Source: a phage. From it: a stretch of 64,000 bases of DNA. The notes below the pieces were generated by a model. That model ran no database searches, was not told the origin of the DNA, and worked only from the letters and a program-made list of their open reading frames with translations. This document shows positions 47,049-56,605 of this stretch, in pieces. Position 1 is the first letter of the stretch. Each line of letters starts with the position of its first letter. The translations under genes were made by a program, and so were the position numbers. The DNA is taken from sequence record PZ452595.1; one strand, 5' to 3'.

Positions 47049-48862
47049 TGGTGTTTAACCCTATGCATGATTTCTTTATTTTTACCGAGATTAAATCCGC
47101 GTTCGTTCGGATTTCCCAAATAACCACATGTTCTTCTTATTGTATTCATCTTTTTAGGATCAGTTTCTCCACAAATAGAACAAACAAATCCGTTTTCAGT
47201 AGGAGTCATTTCATGGGTACTTCCGCATGTAAAACATTTATCTACTGGCATATTAACACCAAAATAATCTAAATGTTGTGCAGCATAATCCCATACGGCC
47301 TCAAGACCTTTTAAGTTATTTTTCATATCAGGAAGTTCAACATAAGAAATGTGACCACCTGTCGCAATGAAATGATATGGCGCTTCACGAGAAATCTTTT
47401 CAAACGGAGTAATATTTTCTTCTACTGAAACATGGAAACTGTTAGTGTACCAACCTTTATCGGTAACATCTTTTACGCTTCCATATTTTTCTGTATCGAG
47501 TTTACAGAAGCGATAACAAAGGTTTTCAGCAGGAGTCGAATATAAACTAAAAGCAAATCCGGTTCTTTCAGTCCACTGTTTAAGATGAGCATTCATTTTA
47601 GTTAAAATTTCTCGTCCAATATCACGACCGACAAGAATATTCAATTCGTGAATACCAATGTATCCTAAAGACACTGAACTTCTACCGTTTTTAAATAACT
47701 CAATTATGTCGTCATCAGGTTTAAGACGAACCCCGAATGCACCTTCTTGGTAAAGAATAGGAGCAACAGTAGCTTTAACTCCTTTTAAGGAACTAATTCT
47801 ACACATCAAAGCTTCAAAACATAAATCCATTCGTTCATTGAATAATTCGATAAATTTCTGTTCATTGAACTGTGTTCCAATATAAGAATCTAACGCGATG
47901 CGAGGAAGATTTAATGTTACAACACCGAGATTATTACGTCCATCAAGAATTTCATTACCGGTTGAATCTTTCCACACACTCAAGAAACTACGGCAACCCA
48001 TTGGAGAAACAGGAATAGATGAGCCGGTGATAGCTTTATTGTTCTTAGCTGAAATAATATCAGGATACATTCTTTTGCTTGCGCACTCTAGAGCAAGCTG
48101 TTTAATATCATAGTTCGGATCGTCTTTATAAAGATTAACACCTTCTTCAACGAACATAACAAGTTTAGGGAAAATAGGAGTTATCCCATCACGACCAAGA
48201 CCTTTAATACGATTTTTCAGAATTGCTTTCTGAATCATTCGTTCAGTCCAGTCAGTTCCTGTACCAAATGTAATTGTTACAAAAGGTGTTTGTCCGTTTG
48301 AACTAAAGAGAGTATTTACTTCATATTCATAAGCTTGGAATGCATCGTATACATCTTTTTCTGTTTTAGATTGAGCATAATTCAACGCATCAGCGATTTG
48401 CCATTTTTCTGCATCCTCAATATGTTTTGCATAGGTGCGTTTAACATAAGGAGAAAGTACTTTATCGACATTAGCAAATGTAGTTCCGCCATATTGGTGA
48501 GAAGCAACCTGTGCAGTAATTTGTGCCATAATTGCAGTAGCAACACCGATTGATTTAGGAGTTTCAATCTGTGCATTACCAAGCTTAAATCCGTTCTCAA
48601 GCATTCCTTTTAAATCTACTAAACAGCAATTAGTAAATGGAAGAGCAGGGGAATAATCAATATCGTGGAAATGAATAATTCCGCTTTCATGCGCTTTCAT
48701 AATAAAAGACGGGACCTTATTTTTGGCAATGTGTTTAGACACAATACCAGCCATAAGGTCCCGTTGAGTTGGAAAAACACGAGAATCTTTATTAGCATTC
48801 TCGTTTAAAAGGTCTTTATTAGTTTTATGAATCAATCCTTCAATTTCTTTTTCAATTGTCAT
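47045..48862 (-). CDS. nrdD: NrdD, anaerobic ribonucleoside-triphosphate reductase (intronless)
   Basis: 605 aa continuous ORF; C-terminal glycyl-radical region RRTCGYLG; ATGA coupling with nrdG. Confidence 0.9.
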   Translation of the reverse strand: MTIEKEIEGLIHKTNKDLLNENANKDSRVFPTQRDLMAGIVSKHIAKNKVPSFIMKAHESGIIHFHDIDYSPALPFTNCCLVDLKGMLENGFKLGNAQIETPKSIGVATAIMAQITAQVASHQYGGTTFANVDKVLSPYVKRTYAKHIEDAEKWQIADALNYAQSKTEKDVYDAFQAYEYEVNTLFSSNGQTPFVTITFGTGTDWTERMIQKAILKNRIKGLGRDGITPIFPKLVMFVEEGVNLYKDDPNYDIKQLALECASKRMYPDIISAKNNKAITGSSIPVSPMGCRSFLSVWKDSTGNEILDGRNNLGVVTLNLPRIALDSYIGTQFNEQKFIELFNERMDLCFEALMCRISSLKGVKATVAPILYQEGAFGVRLKPDDDIIELFKNGRSSVSLGYIGIHELNILVGRDIGREILTKMNAHLKQWTERTGFAFSLYSTPAENLCYRFCKLDTEKYGSVKDVTDKGWYTNSFHVSVEENITPFEKISREAPYHFIATGGHISYVELPDMKNNLKGLEAVWDYAAQHLDYFGVNMPVDKCFTCGSTHEMTPTENGFVCSICGETDPKKMNTIRRTCGYLGNPNERGFNLGKNKEIMHRVKHQ

Positions 48863-49332
48863 TTTAAACTCTTTCTAAGCTGCTTCTTAAATGAAGCTAT
48901 TAACTGTGTTTTGGTGTCAGATTCATTATATTCAAATCCTCTTTGAAGCATCTCGGCCATCATTTCCTCTTTTCCTAAACGAGAAAATTCCTTTGATTTA
49001 TCTCCAACAAAGTTAGGGTGAATATTATTTTGGGTGTAATCGGATTTTAAATAAGTAAGTAAATTTTCTAACCATTCAAGATAATCAACACCTTGTCCCT
49101 TTAAGCCAGAACGATTAAATTTATGCTTCATTTGACCTTCTGCGGCATTGCAGAGATTACAAAGCAATCCACGTACCTTTCCAGCTTTCGGTCCGTTTAA
49201 TTCATGGTCATGGTCGAGGTGATTAGCTTGAACATCAGGATTTAGTTCTCGTTGGCAAATTAAGCATTTACCGTTTTGCGCATCATAAAATTTCTGTTTT
49301 TCTTCTTTATATAATTTGCCAGTCAATAACAT
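48859..49332 (-). CDS. 49: gp49 endonuclease VII (Holliday junction resolvase)
   Basis: 157 aa as T4 gp49; zinc-binding CLICQ...HLDHDH. Confidence 0.85.
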   Translation of the reverse strand: MLLTGKLYKEEKQKFYDAQNGKCLICQRELNPDVQANHLDHDHELNGPKAGKVRGLLCNLCNAAEGQMKHKFNRSGLKGQGVDYLEWLENLLTYLKSDYTQNNIHPNFVGDKSKEFSRLGKEEMMAEMLQRGFEYNESDTKTQLIASFKKQLRKSLK

Positions 49333-49373
49333 AATAAACCCTTACCTTAAATAGATAAGGGTATTTATTATTT

Positions 49374-49859
49374 TCAAGTATTGTAAAACATTTGATGCAA
49401 TCGCTTATATTGCCGAATCTTTTGGTCAGAAAAAGAAATTTGATTTTCAAGCCATTCAATGTATTCTGCGGCAGCTTGCATCAGGTTACCTTCATAGCCA
49501 TCGTTATTTTCTTGTGCAGCTAATTTAGCTAATGCGTATGAAATACGTTCACCTTGAAAATCGGCTTTAGGCTTCTGAACAACTTGATTAGTTCGCTCTA
49601 CAACTTCTTCAATTTCGCCATTTTCGACTGATTCAGTATTCCACAAGCACCAATACGTAATTGGCTTATCGTAGATGTTAATAATTTTTCCATCAGAAAG
49701 TTCAATTTCAATAATTCCAGTGTCAGGCTCTATATCATCTTCACATTCTTTTGCAAGTTCACGAACTTTAAAGACAGTACCTGCACTAAGTTCCGGCCAG
49801 TAATTACACAGCCCTGTATCAGCACGATTAATTCTAAACCACTTATCTACTGTAATCAT
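49374..49859 (-). CDS. pin: Pin, inhibitor of host Lon protease
   Basis: 161 aa from MITVDKWFRINR (track start is TTG); position after gene 49. Confidence 0.7.
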   Translation of the reverse strand: MITVDKWFRINRADTGLCNYWPELSAGTVFKVRELAKECEDDIEPDTGIIEIELSDGKIINIYDKPITYWCLWNTESVENGEIEEVVERTNQVVQKPKADFQGERISYALAKLAAQENNDGYEGNLMQAAAEYIEWLENQISFSDQKIRQYKRLHQMFYNT

Positions 49860-49981
49860 GTCCCATCTCCATATCAATTAAGTCATTTATCGTTGGTTCA
49901 TTATATACTGTTTCTTCATCAGTGTAAACCGGTTCTTCCGGCTCTGGCTCTACAGTTTCCCATCTAGCCGCCCACCAAGGT

Positions 49982-50191
49982 TTAACCCCGAAGCTTATTA
50001 AGTTCTTCATAATCAATCCAGGATTCTAATCCTGATGGCAGGTCACATTCAATTTCCCAAAGAAGTTCTTCAATTTTATGAAGACGATCTAATTCTTCAA
50101 CAGGAATAGTAACCATTGATGGAGCTCTTGCTGCACTAATATCGTATATCATATTTACCCCAGTTTGACCATGCAATCGCCGTATTTCCAC
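49982..50191 (-). CDS. hypothetical protein (69 aa)
   Basis: ORF track. Confidence 0.5.
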   Translation of the reverse strand: MEIRRLHGQTGVNMIYDISAARAPSMVTIPVEELDRLHKIEELLWEIECDLPSGLESWIDYEELNKLRG

Positions 50192-50370
50192 TTAGAAATA
50201 GACTTTTCGCCGTTAGAATAATAAACTTCGAGTTTAGCACGATTATTTTTAATTTGAATAACCTTGGCTGTCATCAAAGTTCCATACCCATAGTAAACTG
50301 CAACTTCATCACCTACATATACCGCGCTGCCGCGGTAATCGTGAATATAGTCAGTTCCTTCAAGCATCAT
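50155..50370 (-). CDS. hypothetical protein (71 aa)
   Basis: ORF track; ATGA-type coupling with nrdC. Confidence 0.5.
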   Translation of the reverse strand: MMLEGTDYIHDYRGSAVYVGDEVAVYYGYGTLMTAKVIQIKNNRAKLEVYYSNGEKSISKWKYGDCMVKLG

Positions 50371-50630
50371 TTAAAATATTCTCGCAATTGGTCAAATCCA
50401 CCAATATGACTTCCATCAGGAGCAAATACCTGAGGCATTGTCAAGCCGATTTGAGTATCACGACCTAGTTTAGTCAGAAGCTCAGCAATTTTCTCATCAT
50501 CAAAAACACCTTTTTCTGGCATAATGTTGATAAATTCAAACGGCTGTTTCTTCACAGTCAAAAGACGTTTTGCATTATCGCAGTACACGCATTTATGGAT
50601 GTTGCTATCATAACCATATACTTTAAACAT
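50367..50630 (-). CDS. nrdC: NrdC thioredoxin/glutaredoxin
   Basis: 87 aa; MFKVYGYDSNIHKCVYCDNAKRLL as T4 thioredoxin. Confidence 0.85.
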   Translation of the reverse strand: MFKVYGYDSNIHKCVYCDNAKRLLTVKKQPFEFINIMPEKGVFDDEKIAELLTKLGRDTQIGLTMPQVFAPDGSHIGGFDQLREYFK

Positions 50631-50631
50631 A

Positions 50632-50874
50632 TTATTCCTTAATTCCTAGTACTTGTTTAAAAGTCTCGTCGTAATCAAGACTTTGGCCCGTTTGTTCTTT
50701 ATGTTTGTATATAATATCACTTACTTCTGATAGCATATTTTTATATGAACGAGTTAAAGCTGATTTAAGCACGCTGTATCTATCAGGAAATTTACCATGT
50801 TCATTATAATAAGCTATTGCTAATTCACGGACTGCCTTTTCAGCAGCCTCCATATATTCTTTACGCTTTGTCAT
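50632..50874 (-). CDS. hypothetical protein (~80 aa)
   Basis: Internal ATG ([13 protein letters not shown]); track ORF 50632..51033 overlaps 50861..51178 in another frame. Confidence 0.45.
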   Translation of the reverse strand: MTKRKEYMEAAEKAVRELAIAYYNEHGKFPDRYSVLKSALTRSYKNMLSEVSDIIYKHKEQTGQSLDYDETFKQVLGIKE

Positions 50875-51178
50875 TTTCTTCTCGGTCAAATCGGTGTTTA
50901 CAATGACGACATTTATAACGAAGATTATTAGTCTGCCAATGGACCAATTGCACCTGTTCAGTTCCACACTCAGGGCAATTAGGAACGTTTTTAGAAGCTC
51001 TTTCACGTCGTTCAACCATAGCCATAATAGCATCCCATGCTGGAGGTTTAAAATCTAAATCGTCGCAGCCGTGAATCTTTCCACGCATTTCCATATCATC
51101 TTCCTCACCAGCCATAATAATTTTAATTAGACTGGAATTACTTGAAGCTGCAATATCTTCTAATAAACGCTTTTTCAT
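50861..51178 (-). CDS. zinc-ribbon protein (105 aa)
   Basis: ORF track; CPECG...CRHCKH. Confidence 0.55.
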   Translation of the reverse strand: MKKRLLEDIAASSNSSLIKIIMAGEEDDMEMRGKIHGCDDLDFKPPAWDAIMAMVERRERASKNVPNCPECGTEQVQLVHWQTNNLRYKCRHCKHRFDREENDKA

Positions 51179-52098
51179 TTCAGTACCTCAATAGCATCAC
51201 GTAAACCATTTGCTTTGGCTGTTAAAGCCTTAAGAACTTTAGTATGCTCTTCAATCTGTTTTTCAACTTCAATCAAACGAGCACTGAGATATTCGCGTTC
51301 TTCTTTCATAGTATCATTCCCATGATTGGGCTTTGGTGTAGGTTTAAATTTACTAGGGTCCTTTAACTTAATAACAATTTTAGTTTCAAACAGTGAAAGA
51401 CCATAATTCGTATTATCATCAAAGGATTCAACTACGTCCATTTTAGACAATAACGTACGAAGATTATAAGTCAAAGAACGAATCGTTTTATTATGTTTAT
51501 TAGCTTCGCATGGTTTCATATATGGAAGATTTTTATATATTTCATGTGGAGCACAAACAATAATTGACAATTCAACTGGTCCATTCTGCGATGGAATGAA
51601 TTTAGCCGTAACCCAATCTTTTACATTTACATTAATAGTACGGTCATCGCCATGACAAAACAGTCTACGAGAATGCTTAAAAAGCATATTCACATTATTA
51701 TTAAATTCGTGTGAAAACTCACTAGCAAATTTTTCTTTACTATTTTTAGAAAACCATTCTTCTAAATAAGTTCTTTTCACGTCATTAATAATATTAAATG
51801 TAACAACATTAGCATTTGATACATTAGTCTCAATGTAGCTTGGATACATAAATTTTTTAACATTATTAACAGCTATCACAGAAGATAGTAATCGGGAACG
51901 TTTGAACCACTCGAGCAAAGAACCAAGAGAATGTGAATACGCATTTTGTGTATCTTTACAAATATGATTTTCCCATCCAATATAGTCTAAAAAATCACGA
52001 AGAATATTATTGATTACTGCTCTGTGTCCTATCTGATAATTACGATGTTTAGTAATAAGACTGTCAAAATAATCAATATAATGTTTACGAGTTTTCAT
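51175..52098 (-). CDS. hypothetical protein, paralogue family member 1 (307 aa, C-terminal coiled coil)
   Basis: Shares FKHSRRLFCHGDD core and heptad-like C-terminal tail with three neighbours. Confidence 0.6.
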   Translation of the reverse strand: MKTRKHYIDYFDSLITKHRNYQIGHRAVINNILRDFLDYIGWENHICKDTQNAYSHSLGSLLEWFKRSRLLSSVIAVNNVKKFMYPSYIETNVSNANVVTFNIINDVKRTYLEEWFSKNSKEKFASEFSHEFNNNVNMLFKHSRRLFCHGDDRTINVNVKDWVTAKFIPSQNGPVELSIIVCAPHEIYKNLPYMKPCEANKHNKTIRSLTYNLRTLLSKMDVVESFDDNTNYGLSLFETKIVIKLKDPSKFKPTPKPNHGNDTMKEEREYLSARLIEVEKQIEEHTKVLKALTAKANGLRDAIEVLK

Positions 52099-52152
52099 GT
52101 TCTTCTCACTTGGTTAATGATTTATACTCCGAGCCATCCTTGGCTTTAAATT

Positions 52153-53154
52153 TTACTTAATTAACTGTAAAGCTTGTTCAAGACGATCAAGACGATTAAC
52201 AGATTCTTCCCAAATCCTTTTAGCCTGCTCATATTCTTTCTGCGCTTTATTAGAAATTTCTAGAACTTCTTTATAAGCTTTTTCTAATGCAATAACTTCT
52301 GGACGAATTTCTATCGGTTCAGGTGAATCGTCAAGACATTCCATTAGTTCCTCAAGGGTAGTTTCTTCTTTAGGAGTATTCACAATTTCATCACATTTTT
52401 GCTGGTAAATTTCTTTATCAGTCAGTGAGTACGCACACTTTACTTCACGAAGACTAACTACAATTTTATATCCTTCCCAGCCGCATATATTCTTAAAAGG
52501 ATATGTATGAATATTTTCTACTGTTTCCATACAAAGTAATGCGGTCTCTAATTGACGAGTTATAGTGCTAGCAATTGAGAAAAATTTATTAATATTCTTT
52601 TGGTTAGTTTCTGGTGTAAAAAATCTGTAATTAATAAAAATAGCTACTTTGTTTTTATCAAGCTCATATTCTTCTGCTATAATCATATCATCAGCTAATG
52701 GATGAATTTGACGATAATCGCCATAACATAATTTAGAAGCTGATTTTAGAATTTGCTTCGTAAAACTCCTAAATTCACTAACCCAACGACGAGTAAAAAT
52801 ATTCTCAGGGTCTTCTTTATTATTAAGATGATAAGAATTAACATCACCGAACCAATTATATCCTACTACATCTTTGGTTCGTTTAATTTCTTTCCCAAAT
52901 TTACTAAGAATATCTTGATTAACTAAATATGAAAGAAGACGAGACCCTTTAAAGGTTTCCTTAATATCATCTTTATCTGCACGACTAGAAATTTTATGAA
53001 CTTCATGAATAAATTTGCTGGAAGAAACAATACTTGCATCAGTATTATTGAGCCATTGATTGATAATGGAAATAACGCTATTCTGACTAGACATAGGTTT
53101 AACTTTATCATCAATAACGCTATTGAATGATTTGATATATTCGTTACGAGTCAT
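52153..53154 (-). CDS. hypothetical protein, paralogue family member 2 (~333 aa)
   Basis: ATG with GGAG SD (track start 53190 reads through promoter); FTKQILKSASKLCYGD core; coiled-coil tail. Confidence 0.6.
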   Translation of the reverse strand: MTRNEYIKSFNSVIDDKVKPMSSQNSVISIINQWLNNTDASIVSSSKFIHEVHKISSRADKDDIKETFKGSRLLSYLVNQDILSKFGKEIKRTKDVVGYNWFGDVNSYHLNNKEDPENIFTRRWVSEFRSFTKQILKSASKLCYGDYRQIHPLADDMIIAEEYELDKNKVAIFINYRFFTPETNQKNINKFFSIASTITRQLETALLCMETVENIHTYPFKNICGWEGYKIVVSLREVKCAYSLTDKEIYQQKCDEIVNTPKEETTLEELMECLDDSPEPIEIRPEVIALEKAYKEVLEISNKAQKEYEQAKRIWEESVNRLDRLEQALQLIK

Positions 53155-53188
53155 AATAATAATAATCTCCTCAGTAGAAAGTAAGAAC

Positions 53189-53218
53189 ATTATACCACAT
53201 CCTTGTGGTAAAGTAAAC
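53189..53218 (-). promoter_or_regulatory. T4-type early promoter upstream of paralogue 2
   Basis: GTTTACT - 17 nt - TATAAT; identical to 8962-8993. Confidence 0.6.
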
Positions 53219-54246
53219 TAGTTTAGTGCATTTAGTGCATTGTTCAGTTTAGAACGTTGCTTCGTGAGATTTTTGACTTTTTCTTGAGCTTTTTCTAGCA
53301 TCTTTTCAGCTTCTAACACTTCATTGGTTGCTTTAACGAGTTCATCATCTACAGCCTTAAGAGACTTCTCAATCGCGTCAGCGTGCCATTTTTCAACAGG
53401 TTTAAGACTCGGATTTTCAATAGGAAGAAAATTCACTTTATTGAATTTCCATGCATCCTTATTACCTGAACTATACATCCAAAATTTAGGATCGTTTGAT
53501 GAGTAATTGGATAAATTTAAATTTAAGTTATCTTGCACTTCTTGCTTTTTCTCTTGCGTGACTTCGTCTTTTCTCAAAAAATCGTATTTAAATGAAACGA
53601 TCATATCAAGTTCATATGTTGTTGTGTCTAATTTAAATCGTTCGAAATGCTGTGAAATCTTAGACTGAACAGCGGCAACAACATCCATATACTTAAATGC
53701 TTCTGTCAGCTGTGATTTAAGGCATTCGCAAATTGAAAGAGAATTTTTTGTATTAGGTTTAAAGCTAATTCGTGCAGTTCTATTATTTTCTTTTAACGGT
53801 CTTACTTCCATCTGAAGAGTATAACCATCAAATTTCAGGTTCTTTAAGTTAATATCAGAACCTTTTAATCGACTAGCCGTCGACAAAATTTGCTTTAATT
53901 GTTTACGGAATAGAGCAATAAATCTCCATTCAATACGATAATGATTTGGATTAAAAAATCCAGATGATAAATCAACCTTACTCTGACCAACACCTTGAAC
54001 AAATAGAGGATTTTTATAATCAATAGTTTTACAGAAATCAGTGAGCTGCTCACGAGCAGTCATTTGAGTAATATACCCAGCTTCATTAAAATTACGCACC
54101 CATTCACTGCTGTTCAGATGTTTAAAGGCGTGAATGGAACAATTAACTTTACCAAGGTCTAAATTATTTTCGCACAAAAATGTCATAGCATCACGAGTAT
54201 AGCTGGCATTACGAACCATATCTTCAATTTGAGAACGAGTTTTCAT
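53218..54246 (-). CDS. hypothetical protein, paralogue family member 3 (342 aa)
   Basis: FRKQLKQILSTASRLKGSD core; coiled-coil tail. Confidence 0.6.
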   Translation of the reverse strand: MKTRSQIEDMVRNASYTRDAMTFLCENNLDLGKVNCSIHAFKHLNSSEWVRNFNEAGYITQMTAREQLTDFCKTIDYKNPLFVQGVGQSKVDLSSGFFNPNHYRIEWRFIALFRKQLKQILSTASRLKGSDINLKNLKFDGYTLQMEVRPLKENNRTARISFKPNTKNSLSICECLKSQLTEAFKYMDVVAAVQSKISQHFERFKLDTTTYELDMIVSFKYDFLRKDEVTQEKKQEVQDNLNLNLSNYSSNDPKFWMYSSGNKDAWKFNKVNFLPIENPSLKPVEKWHADAIEKSLKAVDDELVKATNEVLEAEKMLEKAQEKVKNLTKQRSKLNNALNALN

Positions 54247-54254
54247 AGTGTTCC

Positions 54255-55157
54255 TTAAGATTTAAGTAAATCAACAATTTTAATTAATTTTTCACGCTCA
54301 GATTTAGCTTTACTACTCAATCCAGATAGTCTGAAAATTTCATCGTCATATTGTTGAATAGAAATATTCAGCTCTTCAATTTGCTTATTAAAATAATCAA
54401 TTTGTTCAGAATGTTTTTCGTTACTACGAACTGGTACAGGTTTTGTAGGCAATTTAGTTGAACTGGATTCATCCGGGCGATAAATTAAAATACAACTTGA
54501 ACCAATAGGGCATTTAGCACCAGATGAATATTCTAACGTTCCAGCTTCTTTTAAAACTTCAAAAGCTAAACAGAGATGATGCCCCATATTAACATAATCT
54601 GTAGAGCGAGCTCTGATATAATAATCATCGCCGCGAATACTAAATTTAAAGCATTTAAGGTCTTCTGTATTATTGGTCTTAAAAATCATTTGTTTATCTA
54701 GACCTTTAGCTAATCGAGCGCCTAATGCTAATAATCGTCGTTGATTTTCCCACAAATCTGCGATCATTTGGTCAAATGATAATTTCGGCATTAGTCGACC
54801 ATAAAGGTCATATCCTTTATTATAATTGCGAAGGATTTCACTCGCATTAATACGAGACAACGCTCCAATTTTATTAAGGGCTTTCATGATGCGATTAGAT
54901 AAACCCATTCCAGACCCGTTTGTTCGTTGTAAATGTTTATCTAATCCAAACCCAATATCAACTTTAAATTTATCTAAAATTTCAGCATGAACATCTCTGT
55001 CAATAACATTCAAATCCAAAGTTGGGTTAAATCTATGAAAAAATTTATCTGGCTCTCCACGACGAAGTACAGTCCATTCATTTAATTTTTTATTAACTAA
55101 AGATTTAATTACTGTATTGACATTATTAATTACTACTGACATATTTTTCTCACTCAA
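54255..55157 (-). CDS. hypothetical protein, paralogue family member 4 (300 aa)
   Basis: NQRRLLALGARLAKGLD core; coiled-coil tail. Confidence 0.6.
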   Translation of the reverse strand: MSEKNMSVVINNVNTVIKSLVNKKLNEWTVLRRGEPDKFFHRFNPTLDLNVIDRDVHAEILDKFKVDIGFGLDKHLQRTNGSGMGLSNRIMKALNKIGALSRINASEILRNYNKGYDLYGRLMPKLSFDQMIADLWENQRRLLALGARLAKGLDKQMIFKTNNTEDLKCFKFSIRGDDYYIRARSTDYVNMGHHLCLAFEVLKEAGTLEYSSGAKCPIGSSCILIYRPDESSSTKLPTKPVPVRSNEKHSEQIDYFNKQIEELNISIQQYDDEIFRLSGLSSKAKSEREKLIKIVDLLKS

Positions 55158-55558
55158 TTTTCAATTTTACTAAATACACAGAATATGATGGAAAAGACTA
55201 TATAAGCACCGCATACAGATTGAACTAATACCATTCCAAAGAACCAAACAATATTATCAAACCATGTCTGTTTTACGTCGAAAGGACGTAAACTTACAGT
55301 AATATTATCGCCTTTTTCTATTGATGAATACATCTCTGGTGAAATATATTCGCTAAATCTATAACCGTCTTTGAGTTCATATACGGCAATAAACGATAAA
55401 CTAGACCCCTTTCCTTGAGTTCCTGTAAAGGTATTAACTACAGTAACATCATAATCTTTATAATGCATATAATCATTAATTGCGTAATAACCATATGCAA
55501 CTACTACACATAAACAACATATCAATAAATTCAATCTTTTAATTATCAACTGTTTCAT
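55154..55558 (-). CDS. membrane protein (134 aa, two TM segments)
   Basis: ORF track; first gene of the operon containing the four paralogues. Confidence 0.55.
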   Translation of the reverse strand: MKQLIIKRLNLLICCLCVVVAYGYYAINDYMHYKDYDVTVVNTFTGTQGKGSSLSFIAVYELKDGYRFSEYISPEMYSSIEKGDNITVSLRPFDVKQTWFDNIVWFFGMVLVQSVCGAYIVFSIIFCVFSKIEN

Positions 55559-55613
55559 AATAATCTCAATTAAAAGAGCTTAGAACCATTATACCATCCT
55601 TGGTATAAAGCGG

Positions 55614-56141
55614 TTATGCGAGTACCGTCTTTAACCGTTCTTCAAACTTCCGAAGAGTATTTTGGCGTTCAGCTCTTTGCTTTTTGTAAGTTTCAATACG
55701 CTCTGAAATGAGAGTGTATCGTTCATTTACTGATTCTTTCATAAAATCAGGAATTTCACGAGAAGCTTTAATCTCGTCAAATTTATCAATAACAGCTTGC
55801 TCTTCAGCAATTAAGTTATCATACATCAAAATATCTTTCTTGATGAACTCAATATCTTCTTGAGTTACACGAGATAACTTAGATGCTTTATCCTTTTTGT
55901 ACTGTTCGTTAGTATCACGAGACCAGTGTAATGTACGATTTTTATTCGTATTCTTGTAAATTTCTACAATACCAATCTCATCGATAATAACGATCCAATT
56001 CCAACGGGATTTGTAAATTTGTCCTCCATCAACAGTGATTTCACCTCCGATTGAGATGTCATTAAAGAACTTGCTTTGTGCTTCAGATTTAAATTTACCA
56101 TCATTGTAGTTTACCAAGTTGAAAATATCTTTAGCATTCAT
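55614..56141 (-). CDS. hypothetical protein (~175 aa)
   Basis: ATG after conserved GGAGGAAC SD; track N-terminal extension is promoter read-through. Confidence 0.6.
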   Translation of the reverse strand: MNAKDIFNLVNYNDGKFKSEAQSKFFNDISIGGEITVDGGQIYKSRWNWIVIIDEIGIVEIYKNTNKNRTLHWSRDTNEQYKKDKASKLSRVTQEDIEFIKKDILMYDNLIAEEQAVIDKFDEIKASREIPDFMKESVNERYTLISERIETYKKQRAERQNTLRKFEERLKTVLA

Positions 56142-56169
56142 TTTCTGTTCCTCCGTAGTTGATAGTTGT

Positions 56170-56199
56170 ATAGTACCACAGAGGAACAGTCTTGTAAAC
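56170..56199 (-). promoter_or_regulatory. T4-type early promoter
   Basis: GTTTACA - 17 nt - TACTAT; same cassette as 31236. Confidence 0.6.
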
Positions 56200-56201
56200 A
56201 A

Positions 56202-56504
56202 CTAAAAGAAACTTCTTTCACAATTTTTTCCACTGAACCACGCGCTCACTGCTTTCTTAGTCTCAGGAGCGGTGTTATCCATAAACCATTCAAAGGCAGC
56301 CTTTTTATGATTCTGGAGGGCTTCTCGGGCTTTAATCTGCTCACGGTCTATTAACACTAACATATGAGCCTTTCTTGTCACCAAGGGCTTCTTATGATTC
56401 TTGGAGTATTCCCAGTCATTTGTCCAACGCATTGTCGTTGCGAACTGATGAACTGCGTCTTTAATTTTAGTTTCATAAATTTCACGAGCCTTTGAGTATA
56501 ACAT
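56202..56504 (-). CDS. hypothetical protein (~100 aa)
   Basis: ATG with GGAGG SD; track ORF begins 4 codons earlier. Confidence 0.5.
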   Translation of the reverse strand: MLYSKAREIYETKIKDAVHQFATTMRWTNDWEYSKNHKKPLVTRKAHMLVLIDREQIKAREALQNHKKAAFEWFMDNTAPETKKAVSAWFSGKNCERSFF

Positions 56505-56605
56505 CACTACCTCCATTTACCAGTTTAATTCTAGTCATCTTTTTAATGGCAGTCCATATAATCTATTTCTGAACTGCCTTTTTGTCATAGAAGTCCTCTT
56601 ATGAA

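Noticed and set aside
55614-56201. N-terminal extensions of track ORFs containing ...GTIQLSTTEEQKM... (4255..4464, 55614..56201, 56606..57691, 61394..61627) and other long starts (22074..22685, 13831..14382, 35316..36290, 49374..49877)
   Set aside because: The extensions begin at GTG/TTG and are translations of the conserved early promoter/5' UTR/SD cassette (or terminator hairpin); true starts are the ATG immediately after the SD.
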